From: Thermoplasmatales archaeon
Lineage (GTDB): Archaea > Thermoplasmatota > E2 > DHVEG-1
Assembly (NCBI GenBank): GCA_020341795.1
Contig: CP070836.1
Location: 1,303,212 to 1,367,211, forward strand
Direction of reading: 5' to 3'
Length of the DNA: 64,000 nt
This document shows, piece by piece, positions 39,318 to 48,881 of the stretch. The notes beneath the pieces are model-generated. The model was not told where the DNA came from, ran no database searches, and saw nothing but the letters and a program-made list of their open reading frames with translations. Numbering within the stretch: position 1 is the first letter of the stretch; each line of letters starts with the position of its first letter. The translations under genes were made by a program, and so were the position numbers.

Positions 39318-39563
39318 ATGTCAAAGCCAATAATAAAGGTGGGACATTATTATGAACTTAAACTAAATAAAAAACGAAAAATAGTATTTGGTGTGCTATA
39401 TGGTTTTGAAAGAGGAAAAAATAAGAATGTGTATACTACAATGATGTATACAGATCGTGGTAGTTTTGAGTTTCCTATTGAAGATAAAACTTTTAAAAAA
39501 TGGGTAAATGAAAAACGAATTAAAGAGATAACAGCTGATGAAGCTATGATTAATGCTTTATAG
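39318..39563 (+). CDS. hypothetical protein (81 aa)
   Basis: Start MSKPIIK behind GAGGGAGG is preferred to the track start 39294; no motif recognised. Confidence 0.45.
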   Translation: MSKPIIKVGHYYELKLNKKRKIVFGVLYGFERGKNKNVYTTMMYTDRGSFEFPIEDKTFKKWVNEKRIKEITADEAMINAL

Positions 39564-39628
39564 ATTTAGTTGGTTTTTTAAAGAAACAAGAGTTATTAAA
39601 ATGATAGATATAAGGTAAAAGGAGAATA

Positions 39629-39784
39629 ATGGTCAGAAAAAAAGAAAGGCAAAAACGACATATTGGAAAAGGAATGAGTATGGACCTCTCTAATATGGAA
39701 TCAAAAAAGAAAGGTAAAAGACGGACAAGGAAACCTAAAATGCCAGCTCGAATCAAAAGCACGCCACGGGCAAGACAGAAATAA
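39629..39784 (+). CDS. 51-aa highly basic peptide (not in track)
   Basis: MVRKKERQKRHIGKGMSMDLSNMESKKKGKRRTRKPKMPARIKSTPRARQK; AGGAG 5 nt upstream. The overlapping minus-strand track ORF 39550-39804 looks spurious. Confidence 0.4.
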   Translation: MVRKKERQKRHIGKGMSMDLSNMESKKKGKRRTRKPKMPARIKSTPRARQK

Positions 39785-39813
39785 CTATTAAATCTACAAA
39801 ACATTTTTTTTAA

Positions 39814-39996
39814 TCATCTTTTATTCAACTTTTCATAGAATTGATTTTTATCACCTGGTCTTCCAAGATCACTTATTGCATTTTCTATCCAGTTGAAATT
39901 AGGAAATCCTTGAAGAGATATAAAAATAGCAATTGTAACAATTGGCAGAATTAATCCACAAAATCCAGATATTTTTAATAAAATCTCTTTTTTATA
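39814..39996 (-). pseudogene. possible remnant of a DUF998-type membrane protein N-terminus
   Basis: 60-codon open frame with no start codon reading ...GLILPIVTIAIFISLQGFPNFNWIENAISDLGRPG...; resembles the first TM helix plus the ISxLG motif of DUF998, then stops. Confidence 0.2.
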
Positions 39997-41308
39997 GTTT
40001 GTACTCTTTTGCTTCTTTTACCATAACTGTATTAGTTTTCAATTTATTAAAAAGCTGAGGTTTTTCAGTATGAATTGGATAAACGTTTTTTGGATTAATT
40101 TTCTTTATCATATCCATAAGATCTGGACCATTAATATGCCCAGAACAATGAGATTGTATAAAATTCATATCATAATGCATAATCCAATTAACCATCCGTT
40201 CATATGATATCTTCATTTCCTCGTTAAAAGGTTCAGATAGTGAATGAATATACATCCCTTTTTTTGGCTTTAAATCAACTAACATATTTAGATACCAAAA
40301 ATTTATTATCACAATACAGTTTTTAGGTTTTTTTCTAATATCCTCTGCCGTTATAATATTTGGATAACTCAGTCTTTTTTTAATATAATAATCTATATAA
40401 TCTTCATCTATGTAAGTACCAGATAATCTTTTAGGTTTAAGAATAAAAATATTTTCATCCTTACTATCAGGTGTTTTTAATTTTTTATCCCTATGATAAC
40501 GTTCAAGGTAACATGCATGCTTAAAACTTATGACAAGTTTTTTTCCAATCTCTTTAGCAATTTTATAAAATGTTGTAAATCTGTCAACATCTTTAAAATT
40601 GAAATCAACAATTGAAAGTCTATTATTTTCAATCAAGTTTTTTTTACATTTATCATACACTTTATCTTCTGATTCTAGTGTTTTACCACTATCTACTCTT
40701 GTGCCTTCGGTAATCAAAGCAATTGGTTTTTCCATTGTGCTGTTTATAATAAAATCTTCTGTCATTTCTTTATGTATACCATGAGCTCTAAGATCCCCTG
40801 TATAAATTATTGTTCCTTCAGATGTATGAATAATAAAACCATATGCACCTGGTACTGAATGATCAACATGGCAAGGTTCTATTTCTAGATTATCAATTTT
40901 GATTTTATCCCCTGTTCTAAAGGTAATAAAATCTCTTATAATTGGTGGGTCTCGATAATTACTTTTAAAAACAGGTCTTTTTTTATAATCAATAACCTCG
41001 TTTTCAATTTCTCTTTTTGCTTGTTCCTTTACTGCTTCAAGAATATATTTACAGGTTTTTCCACAATATATTGGTATATCTTCGTGAAGAAACGATATAT
41101 AATTCGCATGATCCGCATGTGCATGAGAAAGAAGTACTGCTTGAGCCTCTGGTTTCTTAGGTTTTAATCCATGATGTTTGAGTAAATCTTCTCTATATAT
41201 TCCTTTAAGATTTGGAATAAGATTCAGTTCAAGAAAATCTCCAATTCCATTAGCTGCTCTAGGATTTAGAAACTCTTCAAAATATTTCCCCCTTCTTCCA
41301 AAGCTCAT
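39992..41308 (-). CDS. rnj: ribonuclease J (beta-CASP metallo-beta-lactamase); true start probably upstream near 41404
   Basis: HAHADH, HVDHSVPGA, HCSGH...PIHTE motifs. The in-frame upstream segment LVKLTFYGGVKEIGGNKILLEDKGTKIFLDFG is the conserved first beta-hairpin. Confidence 0.8.
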   Translation of the reverse strand: MSFGRRGKYFEEFLNPRAANGIGDFLELNLIPNLKGIYREDLLKHHGLKPKKPEAQAVLLSHAHADHANYISFLHEDIPIYCGKTCKYILEAVKEQAKREIENEVIDYKKRPVFKSNYRDPPIIRDFITFRTGDKIKIDNLEIEPCHVDHSVPGAYGFIIHTSEGTIIYTGDLRAHGIHKEMTEDFIINSTMEKPIALITEGTRVDSGKTLESEDKVYDKCKKNLIENNRLSIVDFNFKDVDRFTTFYKIAKEIGKKLVISFKHACYLERYHRDKKLKTPDSKDENIFILKPKRLSGTYIDEDYIDYYIKKRLSYPNIITAEDIRKKPKNCIVIINFWYLNMLVDLKPKKGMYIHSLSEPFNEEMKISYERMVNWIMHYDMNFIQSHCSGHINGPDLMDMIKKINPKNVYPIHTEKPQLFNKLKTNTVMVKEAKEYKL

Positions 41309-41409
41309 CCCAAAGTCAAGAAAAATCTTTGTACCTTTATCTTCGAGTAGGATTTTATTCCCACCTATTTCTTTTACTCCACCGTAGAATGTTAACTTAA
41401 CCAGTTTAT

Positions 41410-41415
41410 ATCACC
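41410..41415 (-). promoter_or_regulatory. Shine-Dalgarno-like GGTGAT ahead of the non-ATG N-terminal extension of RNase J
   Basis: Minus-strand ACGGTGATATAAACTGGTTAAG; the in-frame stop TGA overlaps the SD; CTG lies 5-6 nt downstream. Confidence 0.35.
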
Positions 41416-41491
41416 GTAATTAATTTTTTTAACAAAATATACTAAATAAAGCTTATTGAATAAATTGATGCAAAAAAGTATTTTTTTTGTT

Positions 41492-41635
41492 TTATTCTTC
41501 TTCTTTTTTATTATTATTTTGTTCCTGAGCAAGAAGTCTTGCTCTTTGACCTACAACAAAAAGTTTTGCGATAAAAGTTATCTCGTTTGCTTCTTCTTGA
41601 CTGCTTACTTGCCCAACGATCAACATAGTTATCAT
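41492..41635 (-). CDS. possible 47-aa ORF upstream of RNase J (not in track)
   Basis: MITMLIVGQVSSQEEANEITFIAKLFVVGQRARLLAQEQNNNKKEEE; no clear SD, no family recognised. Confidence 0.15.
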   Translation of the reverse strand: MITMLIVGQVSSQEEANEITFIAKLFVVGQRARLLAQEQNNNKKEEE

Positions 41636-41776
41636 TCTACTGTTGTTTTAATGTTTAAAAGGTGTTGTTGTACAATTATTACCAGGAATGTTTGGGATTA
41701 ATTTTTTGATTTTTTGATGTTATCGAAAATATTAAAATACTTACAGTTATACAATGGGTGTAAGGGTGTCGTTTTT

Positions 41777-42844
41777 ATGACCAAAATAAATATAACCGAC
41801 ATGCTTACATCTTATAACAAGAAAAACCTTACGATATGTACTGTTTGTTCTCATTCTAGTCTGCAGATTTTTAATGGCGCTCGTAAAGAAGGTTTTAAAA
41901 CTCTTGGGATTTCTGTAGGTGAAAAAAAGAAATATTATGATGCATTTCCTCTGGGACGACCTGATGAGTTTTTCATTGTTGATAATTATAAAGATATTTT
42001 AAAATGCACAGATGAGCTTCGTGAAAAAAATGTTATAGTGATACCACATGGATCATTTGTAGAATATCTTGGTGCAGATAGGTTTTTAACATTAGACCTT
42101 CCAACTTTTGGTAATCGAGATGTATTAAAATGGGAGTCGGATAGGTTTATGGAACGCATCTGGCTCGAAGGCGCTGGTTTAACTATGCCCCAGGAAATTA
42201 AGAAACCTGAAGATATTGACAGACCTGTTATTGTAAAATATTATGGTGCAAAAGGTGGTAAAGGATTCTTTATTGCAAAGACTTATGATGAGTTTAAAAA
42301 ACGCATTCAAAAAGATAAAAAGTACGTTATACAAGAATTTGTAATGGGTACTCGTTATTATCTTCATTATTTTTATTCACCTATTCAAAACAATGCTTAT
42401 AAACTAAGCAAAGGTAGTTTGCAGCTTATTTCTATGGATAGACGTGATGAAACAACCATTGATGAAGTTCAAAGACTTGGAAGTATTGCTGAACTTGAAG
42501 AACTAGGTATACATCCAACTTTTGTTGTAACAGGAAACATTCCAATTGTTATGCGTGAGTCACTTCTCCCTAAAGTATTTGAAATGGGTGCAGCTGTAAT
42601 TGAAAAAAGCATAAATCTTTTTAATGGTATTATTGGCTCATTTTGTCTTGAGACAGTGGTCACAGAAGATCTAGAATTCAAAGTTTTTGAAATATCTGCA
42701 AGAATTGTAGCAGGCACTAATCCATATATTGCAGGATCACCTTATTCTGAGTTGATTCAACCTAATCTATCTACTGGTAGAAGAATTGCTCAAGAAATAA
42801 AATACGCAAATAAAAAAAACATGTTAAATAAAATTTTAACTTAA
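41777..42844 (+). CDS. purP: 5-formaminoimidazole-4-carboxamide ribonucleotide (FAICAR) synthetase PurP
   Basis: ICTVCSHSSLQIFNGARKEGF, PHGSFVEYLG, FGNR..LKWESDR and GNIPIVMRESLLP track the archaeal PurP sequence as I recall it. Start at MTKINITD is preferred over the TTG at 41714. Confidence 0.85.
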   Translation: MTKINITDMLTSYNKKNLTICTVCSHSSLQIFNGARKEGFKTLGISVGEKKKYYDAFPLGRPDEFFIVDNYKDILKCTDELREKNVIVIPHGSFVEYLGADRFLTLDLPTFGNRDVLKWESDRFMERIWLEGAGLTMPQEIKKPEDIDRPVIVKYYGAKGGKGFFIAKTYDEFKKRIQKDKKYVIQEFVMGTRYYLHYFYSPIQNNAYKLSKGSLQLISMDRRDETTIDEVQRLGSIAELEELGIHPTFVVTGNIPIVMRESLLPKVFEMGAAVIEKSINLFNGIIGSFCLETVVTEDLEFKVFEISARIVAGTNPYIAGSPYSELIQPNLSTGRRIAQEIKYANKKNMLNKILT

Positions 42845-42849
42845 ACCTC

Positions 42850-43503
42850 TTAGATGTTGATTAGTTTATCTAAAGCATTGTACCCTTTAACTGCATCTTT
42901 TTTTTCAACAATAAATGTGACATCTAAATCAACTGATATTATCTCTATTATGTTTATATTTTCCCATGCAAGACTTCTTGTGATTTTAAATATTACTCCT
43001 GGTTTATCTATTCGTTGTTTACCAACTGTAAAAGACAATGCCACTAGATTTTCCTCGATTTTTTTTATTTTTTGATTTTGTAAAAGATTCAATATTTTTT
43101 CTTTGTATCTTTCATTGGTAACAATTGCAACATGTGTTCTACCATAAATGACGTGTAATATGTCACCTCGTTCAAAATCAACGACATCATAAAATCTCTT
43201 AAGTTTATCAAATAAATCCTGTGTTTTTAATACATTAATATCAATAATATGTGTTTTTAGGTTTACTTCAGCGTATTTAGAGTTAAAATTCACATCTCTT
43301 GCTCTGGTATTTATTTTATCAGAATATCTTCGTAATGCTGTCACTATTGCAGTATGTTCGACTTCACGTCCTAGTTCTTTTTCAATATCAGGTTTAAGTC
43401 GTTTAGCAACTGATCCAAAAGATGCAATTCTCTTACTAATTGCCTCATGTAGGTATATTCTTTCATCAACCAGCTTTGTTACAATATGACTTATAGTTAC
43501 CAT
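42850..43503 (-). CDS. conserved hypothetical protein, possible ACT-like regulatory domains
   Basis: Clean 217-aa ORF; the ACT assignment is a weak impression only. Confidence 0.4.
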   Translation of the reverse strand: MVTISHIVTKLVDERIYLHEAISKRIASFGSVAKRLKPDIEKELGREVEHTAIVTALRRYSDKINTRARDVNFNSKYAEVNLKTHIIDINVLKTQDLFDKLKRFYDVVDFERGDILHVIYGRTHVAIVTNERYKEKILNLLQNQKIKKIEENLVALSFTVGKQRIDKPGVIFKITRSLAWENINIIEIISVDLDVTFIVEKKDAVKGYNALDKLINI

Positions 43504-43705
43504 TAATAATGATTATATATATTTCAATATAAATAACTTATTGACATTATATGTACTAAAAAAATTAAAAAATGGTATAAATAAAGTCAAATTAATTTTA
43601 ACTATTGTTTTAATAAAAACAAAAAAAAATAAATACTGTCAATTTTAAAAAAAACAAGCAATTAGAACGTCGTTATCTTAATTTGGTTTGCCAACACATT
43701 TAACA

Positions 43706-44368
43706 ATGGTGAAAAAAATGGATATAAAAAGAAAAATAATTGCAATATCTATAATGGTGCTATTTTTAGCAATACCATTAAATATTGCTGATGCAAATAC
43801 TGTATCAAAAATACAAGAAAATGAACCTTTTGTTCTGGAAATTGTAACTTTTGATCCTGACAGATATTTCAACACTGAGGAAATAACATTTTTTGAAGAA
43901 GACTTTAAAAAGTTAGATAATGCAATCTCAACAATTATGAATTTAATTGTATCAACAACTGATCTCAACTGGAATTTTTTAAAAGATCTAATAGAAAGAA
44001 TATTTGGGGAGGATAATCCTTTATTTGGTAAAATATTAGAAATCTTTTCTTTATTGAAACTATCAAGAAACCGAGGATTTGTAATAAGCAGCGGATACGG
44101 ATATGATTTAAATCCACTCAACAAGTTTACATTTAAAATTAGAAAAAAAGCAACCTTTTGGCATTACAACTCAAATGGAGTATCCAGTAGAACAATTATA
44201 GTGAAACCATTGTCCTTAAAAATGAAAATATTAAATGATCGACAAATTGGATTTATGAGTAGATTCATAGGTGTTTATTTCTTTATTTCTAGAGGTTTTT
44301 TAAAAGAAACATATACTTTTTTCATGGGAACAGCTCGCCATATAAACGGTTTTCAATTTAGTTTTTAA
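43706..44368 (+). CDS. hypothetical secreted protein
   Basis: Signal-like IIAISIMVLFLAIPLNIADA. Preferred over the antisense ORF 43678-44124, which lacks any such feature. Confidence 0.45.
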   Translation: MVKKMDIKRKIIAISIMVLFLAIPLNIADANTVSKIQENEPFVLEIVTFDPDRYFNTEEITFFEEDFKKLDNAISTIMNLIVSTTDLNWNFLKDLIERIFGEDNPLFGKILEIFSLLKLSRNRGFVISSGYGYDLNPLNKFTFKIRKKATFWHYNSNGVSSRTIIVKPLSLKMKILNDRQIGFMSRFIGVYFFISRGFLKETYTFFMGTARHINGFQFSF

Positions 44369-44704
44369 TTCTAAAACCTTTTTCTTTTTTTTTAATAATA
44401 TTTCATATTAAAGCTTTATTTAACAAATTTGTTTAATCATTTGGACCAGGAATATTTACAATAATTTCTGAATATTCATAAATATTATCATCTCTATCCT
44501 TTTAATCGTTTAGATCTTTTTTATCTACAGATGCAACAACTGAAACTATATTTATATATCTAATTGATGTGTCAAATCCATTCACTATACCATCATGCTA
44601 TACTTTATAGTATGATTATTTAATGTTAGTATATCGTAACAATTAAATAAAAGTAAAAAATAAGTTTATTTTCTAATAATTACTCAATGGTATATGTGTA
44701 AAAT

Positions 44705-45613
44705 TTATTTACAAATTGTTACCATTATAGCGATTTGAGCCCACATTCTATTTTCTGCCTCATCAAAAATAACACTTTGTTTTCCATGGGCAACATCCTT
44801 TGTAACCTCATAACCATAATAAGCTGGTAAGCAATGTAAAAATATCGAATCGGATTTTGCTTTTTTCATAAGTTTTTCATCAACTGTGTATCCTTGGAAA
44901 TCGTGAATTCTTTTTTCTTTTTCAACTTCGTCACCCATAGAAATCCAAGTATCTGTTGCAATAATATCAGAATTCTTGGTTGAATCATTAACAATATCAG
45001 TTATTTCAACTTTAACACCAAACTTGTTTGCCTCTTTTATATAGAATTCATCAGGCCAATAGTCTTTTGGTGTGACAATTTTAATATCCATACCTGCAAT
45101 CGCGCATCCTAATAGATACGAATGAGACATATTGTTACCCCCATCACCAATATATACAAAGTTAAGACCCTTGAGTTTGCCTTTATGCTCTTTAATGGTC
45201 ATTAGATCAGTTATAACCTGACAAGGATGTTCTTTGTCATCAAGACCACTTATTACAGGTATTGTTGAATGTTCTGCAAGCTCTTTCATAGCTGCATTAC
45301 TAAAAGCACGATACATAATAATATCAACATACCGAGAAAGTACTTTTGCAGTATCCTCAATTGTTTCACCGCGACCTAGCTGTAAATCATTTTTACTAAG
45401 GAAAATTGCATGACCACCAAGCTTTGTCATACCTGTTTCAAAACTTACTCGTGTACGTGTGCTACTTTTTTCAAAAATCATTCCAAGGGTTTTGCCCTTT
45501 AAAAGTTCAATATTTTCTCCTTTTTTTGATTTAGATTTCAAATCTATTGCTAGATTAATTATTTTATCTAAATCTTCTTTAACATCTAACATTGAAATAA
45601 GATTTCGTTTCAT
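44705..45613 (-). CDS. argF: ornithine carbamoyltransferase
   Basis: STRTRVSFE carbamoyl-phosphate motif, HPCQ, SMGDE and HCLPA ornithine-side motifs. Start at MKRNLISMLD is preferred. Confidence 0.85.
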   Translation of the reverse strand: MKRNLISMLDVKEDLDKIINLAIDLKSKSKKGENIELLKGKTLGMIFEKSSTRTRVSFETGMTKLGGHAIFLSKNDLQLGRGETIEDTAKVLSRYVDIIMYRAFSNAAMKELAEHSTIPVISGLDDKEHPCQVITDLMTIKEHKGKLKGLNFVYIGDGGNNMSHSYLLGCAIAGMDIKIVTPKDYWPDEFYIKEANKFGVKVEITDIVNDSTKNSDIIATDTWISMGDEVEKEKRIHDFQGYTVDEKLMKKAKSDSIFLHCLPAYYGYEVTKDVAHGKQSVIFDEAENRMWAQIAIMVTICK

Positions 45614-45646
45614 TAAAAATGAGGAATGTACTTCCAAACTTTAAAA

Positions 45647-46834
45647 CTATCGGATGACTATTGGTTTTCTATAATTAATAATTAAAAGTATTGCTAGAAC
45701 CATTGATAATAATCCAAGCATCATAAAAGGTATCCAGATGCCAAAAATATCTGAAAAAAATCCTCCTAAAAATAAAAGAAGGATTCCACCTCCAAGTTGC
45801 ATGGTAAACACTATTCCAAAAGTCCAACCTTCTGTTTTTTTATCTGTTATCTCTGAAACAAATGAAAACAATGTGGGATAAGTTATAAAAACAGTTATTC
45901 CTAAAAGAATCATAATAATAACTATAATTATTATATTTGTAAAATATGAAAGTAGAATGCAAGTTATACCAATTGTTAGATAAGAGAGAATTATCACGTT
46001 TCTTCTGCCAACAATATTTTGAATTCTTCCATAACAAAACGATGCAATGCTACCTATCCCAATCCATATAGCGACTATTATTCCTATTTGTGTTAATGAA
46101 AGTGCTGTTTTTTCATCAAGAAGCAATGGTAGATACGTTATTATAACACCCCATGCAGATCCACTAATCATAAAAGCAGGAATTAATAATTTGATTTTTT
46201 TTAGAATTTTTAATCCATTAATTAATGCATCTTTTAGACTTTTTTCATTTTTTAAAATTTTTACGGTTAAATGTTTTTCATCAATATCTTTAGTTATGTA
46301 TAAACCTAGAAGTACAGTTATTGATCCTGCTATTGCCCAAAGATATAATGGAAATTCAAAATCTTTTATCTCGGTTAGATAAAGCGTTGTTAAAATAGCA
46401 ATAAAAGCTCCTACATCTGCAGAACCACTTTGAATTCCCATAGCCCAGTCTAGTTTGAATTTTTTAAAGGTTCTTGATACCCAGCCAACACCTATTGGAT
46501 GAAAAAAGCTGGCTGAGAACCTTTGAAATATTAAAAACAAAAGTAGTGTGATAAATCCTATTGTTTGTGTAAGGAGAAGCATTGATAGGCTAATTAGTAA
46601 AATACCTAATGTAAGGATTGTTCTACTATTTTTTCCATCTGAATAATGACCAATTAATAATTGAGCGATAAGATGTACAAGAAGACTTGTACCAGTAATA
46701 ATACCAACCTGGGTATAGCTTAAGTTATAAAACTCTTTAAAAACAGGGAATAAAATAGGTATCGCTGCAATTGTTCCATCATTTAATGCATGATATATAC
46801 TTACTGTTAAAAGCACTCTTTTTTTCTCATTCAT
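45647..46834 (-). CDS. MFS transporter
   Basis: About 12 hydrophobic helices in a 6+6 layout with a central loop; GHYSDGKNSR loop 2-3 motif. Confidence 0.7.
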   Translation of the reverse strand: MNEKKRVLLTVSIYHALNDGTIAAIPILFPVFKEFYNLSYTQVGIITGTSLLVHLIAQLLIGHYSDGKNSRTILTLGILLISLSMLLLTQTIGFITLLLFLIFQRFSASFFHPIGVGWVSRTFKKFKLDWAMGIQSGSADVGAFIAILTTLYLTEIKDFEFPLYLWAIAGSITVLLGLYITKDIDEKHLTVKILKNEKSLKDALINGLKILKKIKLLIPAFMISGSAWGVIITYLPLLLDEKTALSLTQIGIIVAIWIGIGSIASFCYGRIQNIVGRRNVIILSYLTIGITCILLSYFTNIIIIVIIMILLGITVFITYPTLFSFVSEITDKKTEGWTFGIVFTMQLGGGILLLFLGGFFSDIFGIWIPFMMLGLLSMVLAILLIINYRKPIVIR

Positions 46835-46938
46835 ATATAATGTAATTCATGAATATTTAATTATTTTATATTAATTATCCATAAAAATTTTAGGTAAAAT
46901 AATTTATAATCATTTTATAATTACTTAAATTGGTTTTG

Positions 46939-47961
46939 ATGGGTGTTGACATTGGTGCTATATTTAAACAAGAAAAAATAGGGTATAGTGACCTTAAAGA
47001 TAGAGTAATAGTAATTGATGCCTATAATGTACTGCATCAATTCCTTGCAAGTATTAGACAACGTGATGGGACACCATTAAAAAATAGTAAAGGAGAAATA
47101 ACATCTCATCTTTCAGGTCTTTTTCATAGAACTGCAAACATGATAGAATCAAGAATACGACCTGTTTATGCTTTTGATGGAAAACCACATCCATTAAAAG
47201 CAAAAACCCTTGAAAAGAGAAAAATAAGAAAAGAAGAAGCAGAAAGGGAATACATAAAAGCATTAGAAGGAGGCGATCTTGTAAAAGCGCGATCTAAAGC
47301 ACAACAAACCGGAAGATTAACAGATGAAATGATACAGCAGAGCAAAGACTTACTTGACGCACTGGGTATACCTTTTATACAGTCACCACAAGAAGGAGAA
47401 GCTCAAGCTAGCTATATGGTAAAGAAGGGTGATGCATATGCTGTTGGTTCACAAGACTATGATTGTTTGTTAATTGGTTCTCCTGTATTAATTAGAAATC
47501 TGACATCCTCAGAAAGACGAAAACTTCCTGGCAAAGATGCGTATTCAAAAGTTTTTCCAAAGCAGATTCGCCTTAAAAACAATCTTAAAATTCTTGGAAT
47601 AAAACACAAACAACTTGTTGATATGGCGATACTAATTGGTACAGATTTTAACGATGGAATTCATGGGATAGGACCAAAAAAAAGCTTGAATCTTATCAAG
47701 AAAAATGGAAATGTTGAAAATGTATTAGCAACGATTGGTGCAAAAGATGCACCAAGCTTTGATGAGATAAATGAAATAAGAAAAATTTTTTTAAAACCAA
47801 AAGTAACAGATGACTATAATCTAAGTTGGCCAGGTGTAGATAAAGAAAACGTCTTTAAAATTTTATGTGATAGACATCATTTCAAAAAAGAACGCGTTGA
47901 ACCTGTACTTTCAAAATTTGAAAATATTCAGCAGATGATGAAACAAAAAACATTATTTTAA
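46939..47961 (+). CDS. fen: flap endonuclease 1
   Basis: MGVDIG start, VYAFDGKPHPLK, QSPQEGEAQASYM, GTDFNDGIHGIGPKK (H3TH). Confidence 0.9.
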   Translation: MGVDIGAIFKQEKIGYSDLKDRVIVIDAYNVLHQFLASIRQRDGTPLKNSKGEITSHLSGLFHRTANMIESRIRPVYAFDGKPHPLKAKTLEKRKIRKEEAEREYIKALEGGDLVKARSKAQQTGRLTDEMIQQSKDLLDALGIPFIQSPQEGEAQASYMVKKGDAYAVGSQDYDCLLIGSPVLIRNLTSSERRKLPGKDAYSKVFPKQIRLKNNLKILGIKHKQLVDMAILIGTDFNDGIHGIGPKKSLNLIKKNGNVENVLATIGAKDAPSFDEINEIRKIFLKPKVTDDYNLSWPGVDKENVFKILCDRHHFKKERVEPVLSKFENIQQMMKQKTLF

Positions 47962-48666
47962 TAAAAAATCAAGTTTTTCACCAGGCTTAATTTCAAGTGG
48001 TTCTTTATTGTTTTTAAAAACTCGTGCACCAGTACTACCTTTCAGAGTTATATTGTCATCTTTTACAAGTAGCATTGAACCTTCTCTAAGACCAACTACA
48101 TAATCTTGGTTGAAAAAATGAAATTCCCTTATCCTTGTTTCACGTGTTTCTCCCATATGTTTACTATTAGGATCAGGATCAAGATAGTGTGGATTAATGT
48201 TAAATGGGACAAGCTCAAGTGCTTTAAAAGAAGGTGGATATGTAATGGGCATATCATTTGTAGTCATTATACTTTTGCAAGCAACATTAGAGCCAGCACT
48301 TGTTCCAATATAAGGCATCCCTCTCTCAACTCTTATCTTTATTAAATCCATTATTCCAGATTCATAAAGTTCTTTAAGTAAAACAAAAGTATTTCCACCA
48401 CCTATAAAAATAGAATCTGCTTGTTCAACTGCGATTTTAGGATCGGTATATTCATTAATACCTTTTAGTTCAAAACCCATCTTATTAATACAATCCTTAG
48501 CTATTTTTGTATACTTTTTATGTGTCAAACCACTAGGTCTAGCATATGGAATAAAAAGAACTGTTTTTTTATTATCTAATAATTTTTTTATCTCATCAGC
48601 ACAATGATCAAGATATCCTCTACCATATAGTGTTGAATTACTTATTAAAAGCAGATTTCTTTTCAT
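47953..48666 (-). CDS. pepE: peptidase E (S51 family dipeptidase)
   Basis: LLLISNS start, IFIGGGNTF, nucleophile elbow IGTSAGSNV. Confidence 0.75.
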   Translation of the reverse strand: MKRNLLLISNSTLYGRGYLDHCADEIKKLLDNKKTVLFIPYARPSGLTHKKYTKIAKDCINKMGFELKGINEYTDPKIAVEQADSIFIGGGNTFVLLKELYESGIMDLIKIRVERGMPYIGTSAGSNVACKSIMTTNDMPITYPPSFKALELVPFNINPHYLDPDPNSKHMGETRETRIREFHFFNQDYVVGLREGSMLLVKDDNITLKGSTGARVFKNNKEPLEIKPGEKLDFLLK

Positions 48667-48683
48667 AAAAAATCACATTTTTA

Positions 48684-48881
48684 TTATTTTCCAACAACCT
48701 TAAACCTATCAATTCCAATTAAAAGAGCAAGTTTTTCTCCGTTATCCCAGTCGACCCATATCAGTTCTTGATCTTCCTCAATTTTTGTAATTTTTCCTTT
48801 TGATCCTTTTTCAAGTTTTGTCATTGTATCAGTTATTTCTAATAGTTGAACTCTATCTCCAACTTTGATTTTTTTAGCCAT
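48684..48881 (-). CDS. DUF4314-like small protein
   Basis: VGDRVQLL...GSKGKITKIEEDQELIWVDWDNGEKLALLIGIDRF fits the DUF4314 pattern as I recall it. Confidence 0.5.
   Translation of the reverse strand: MAKKIKVGDRVQLLEITDTMTKLEKGSKGKITKIEEDQELIWVDWDNGEKLALLIGIDRFKVVGK

Noticed and set aside
39550-39804. Track ORF (-, 84 aa).
   Set aside because: It overlaps two plus-strand ORFs that have SD sites; its product is Phe/Leu/Arg-rich and implausible.
41456-41701. Track ORF (+, 81 aa) in the RNase J-purP spacer.
   Set aside because: Its poly-Phe low-complexity N-terminus derives from a T-run, and it has no SD. The minus-strand 47-aa ORF there is also only weakly supported.
43678-44124. Track ORF (-, 148 aa) overlapping 43688-44368 (+).
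   Set aside because: Only one strand can reasonably code. The plus-strand product has a signal peptide and more protein-like composition. This choice is uncertain.
44369-44704. Fragmentary minus-strand frames (for example ...DGIVNGFDTSIRYINIVSVVASVDKKDLND*) in the spacer before argF.
   Set aside because: They have no start, are interrupted by stops, and match no recognisable family. They are possibly a decayed gene but too weak to call.
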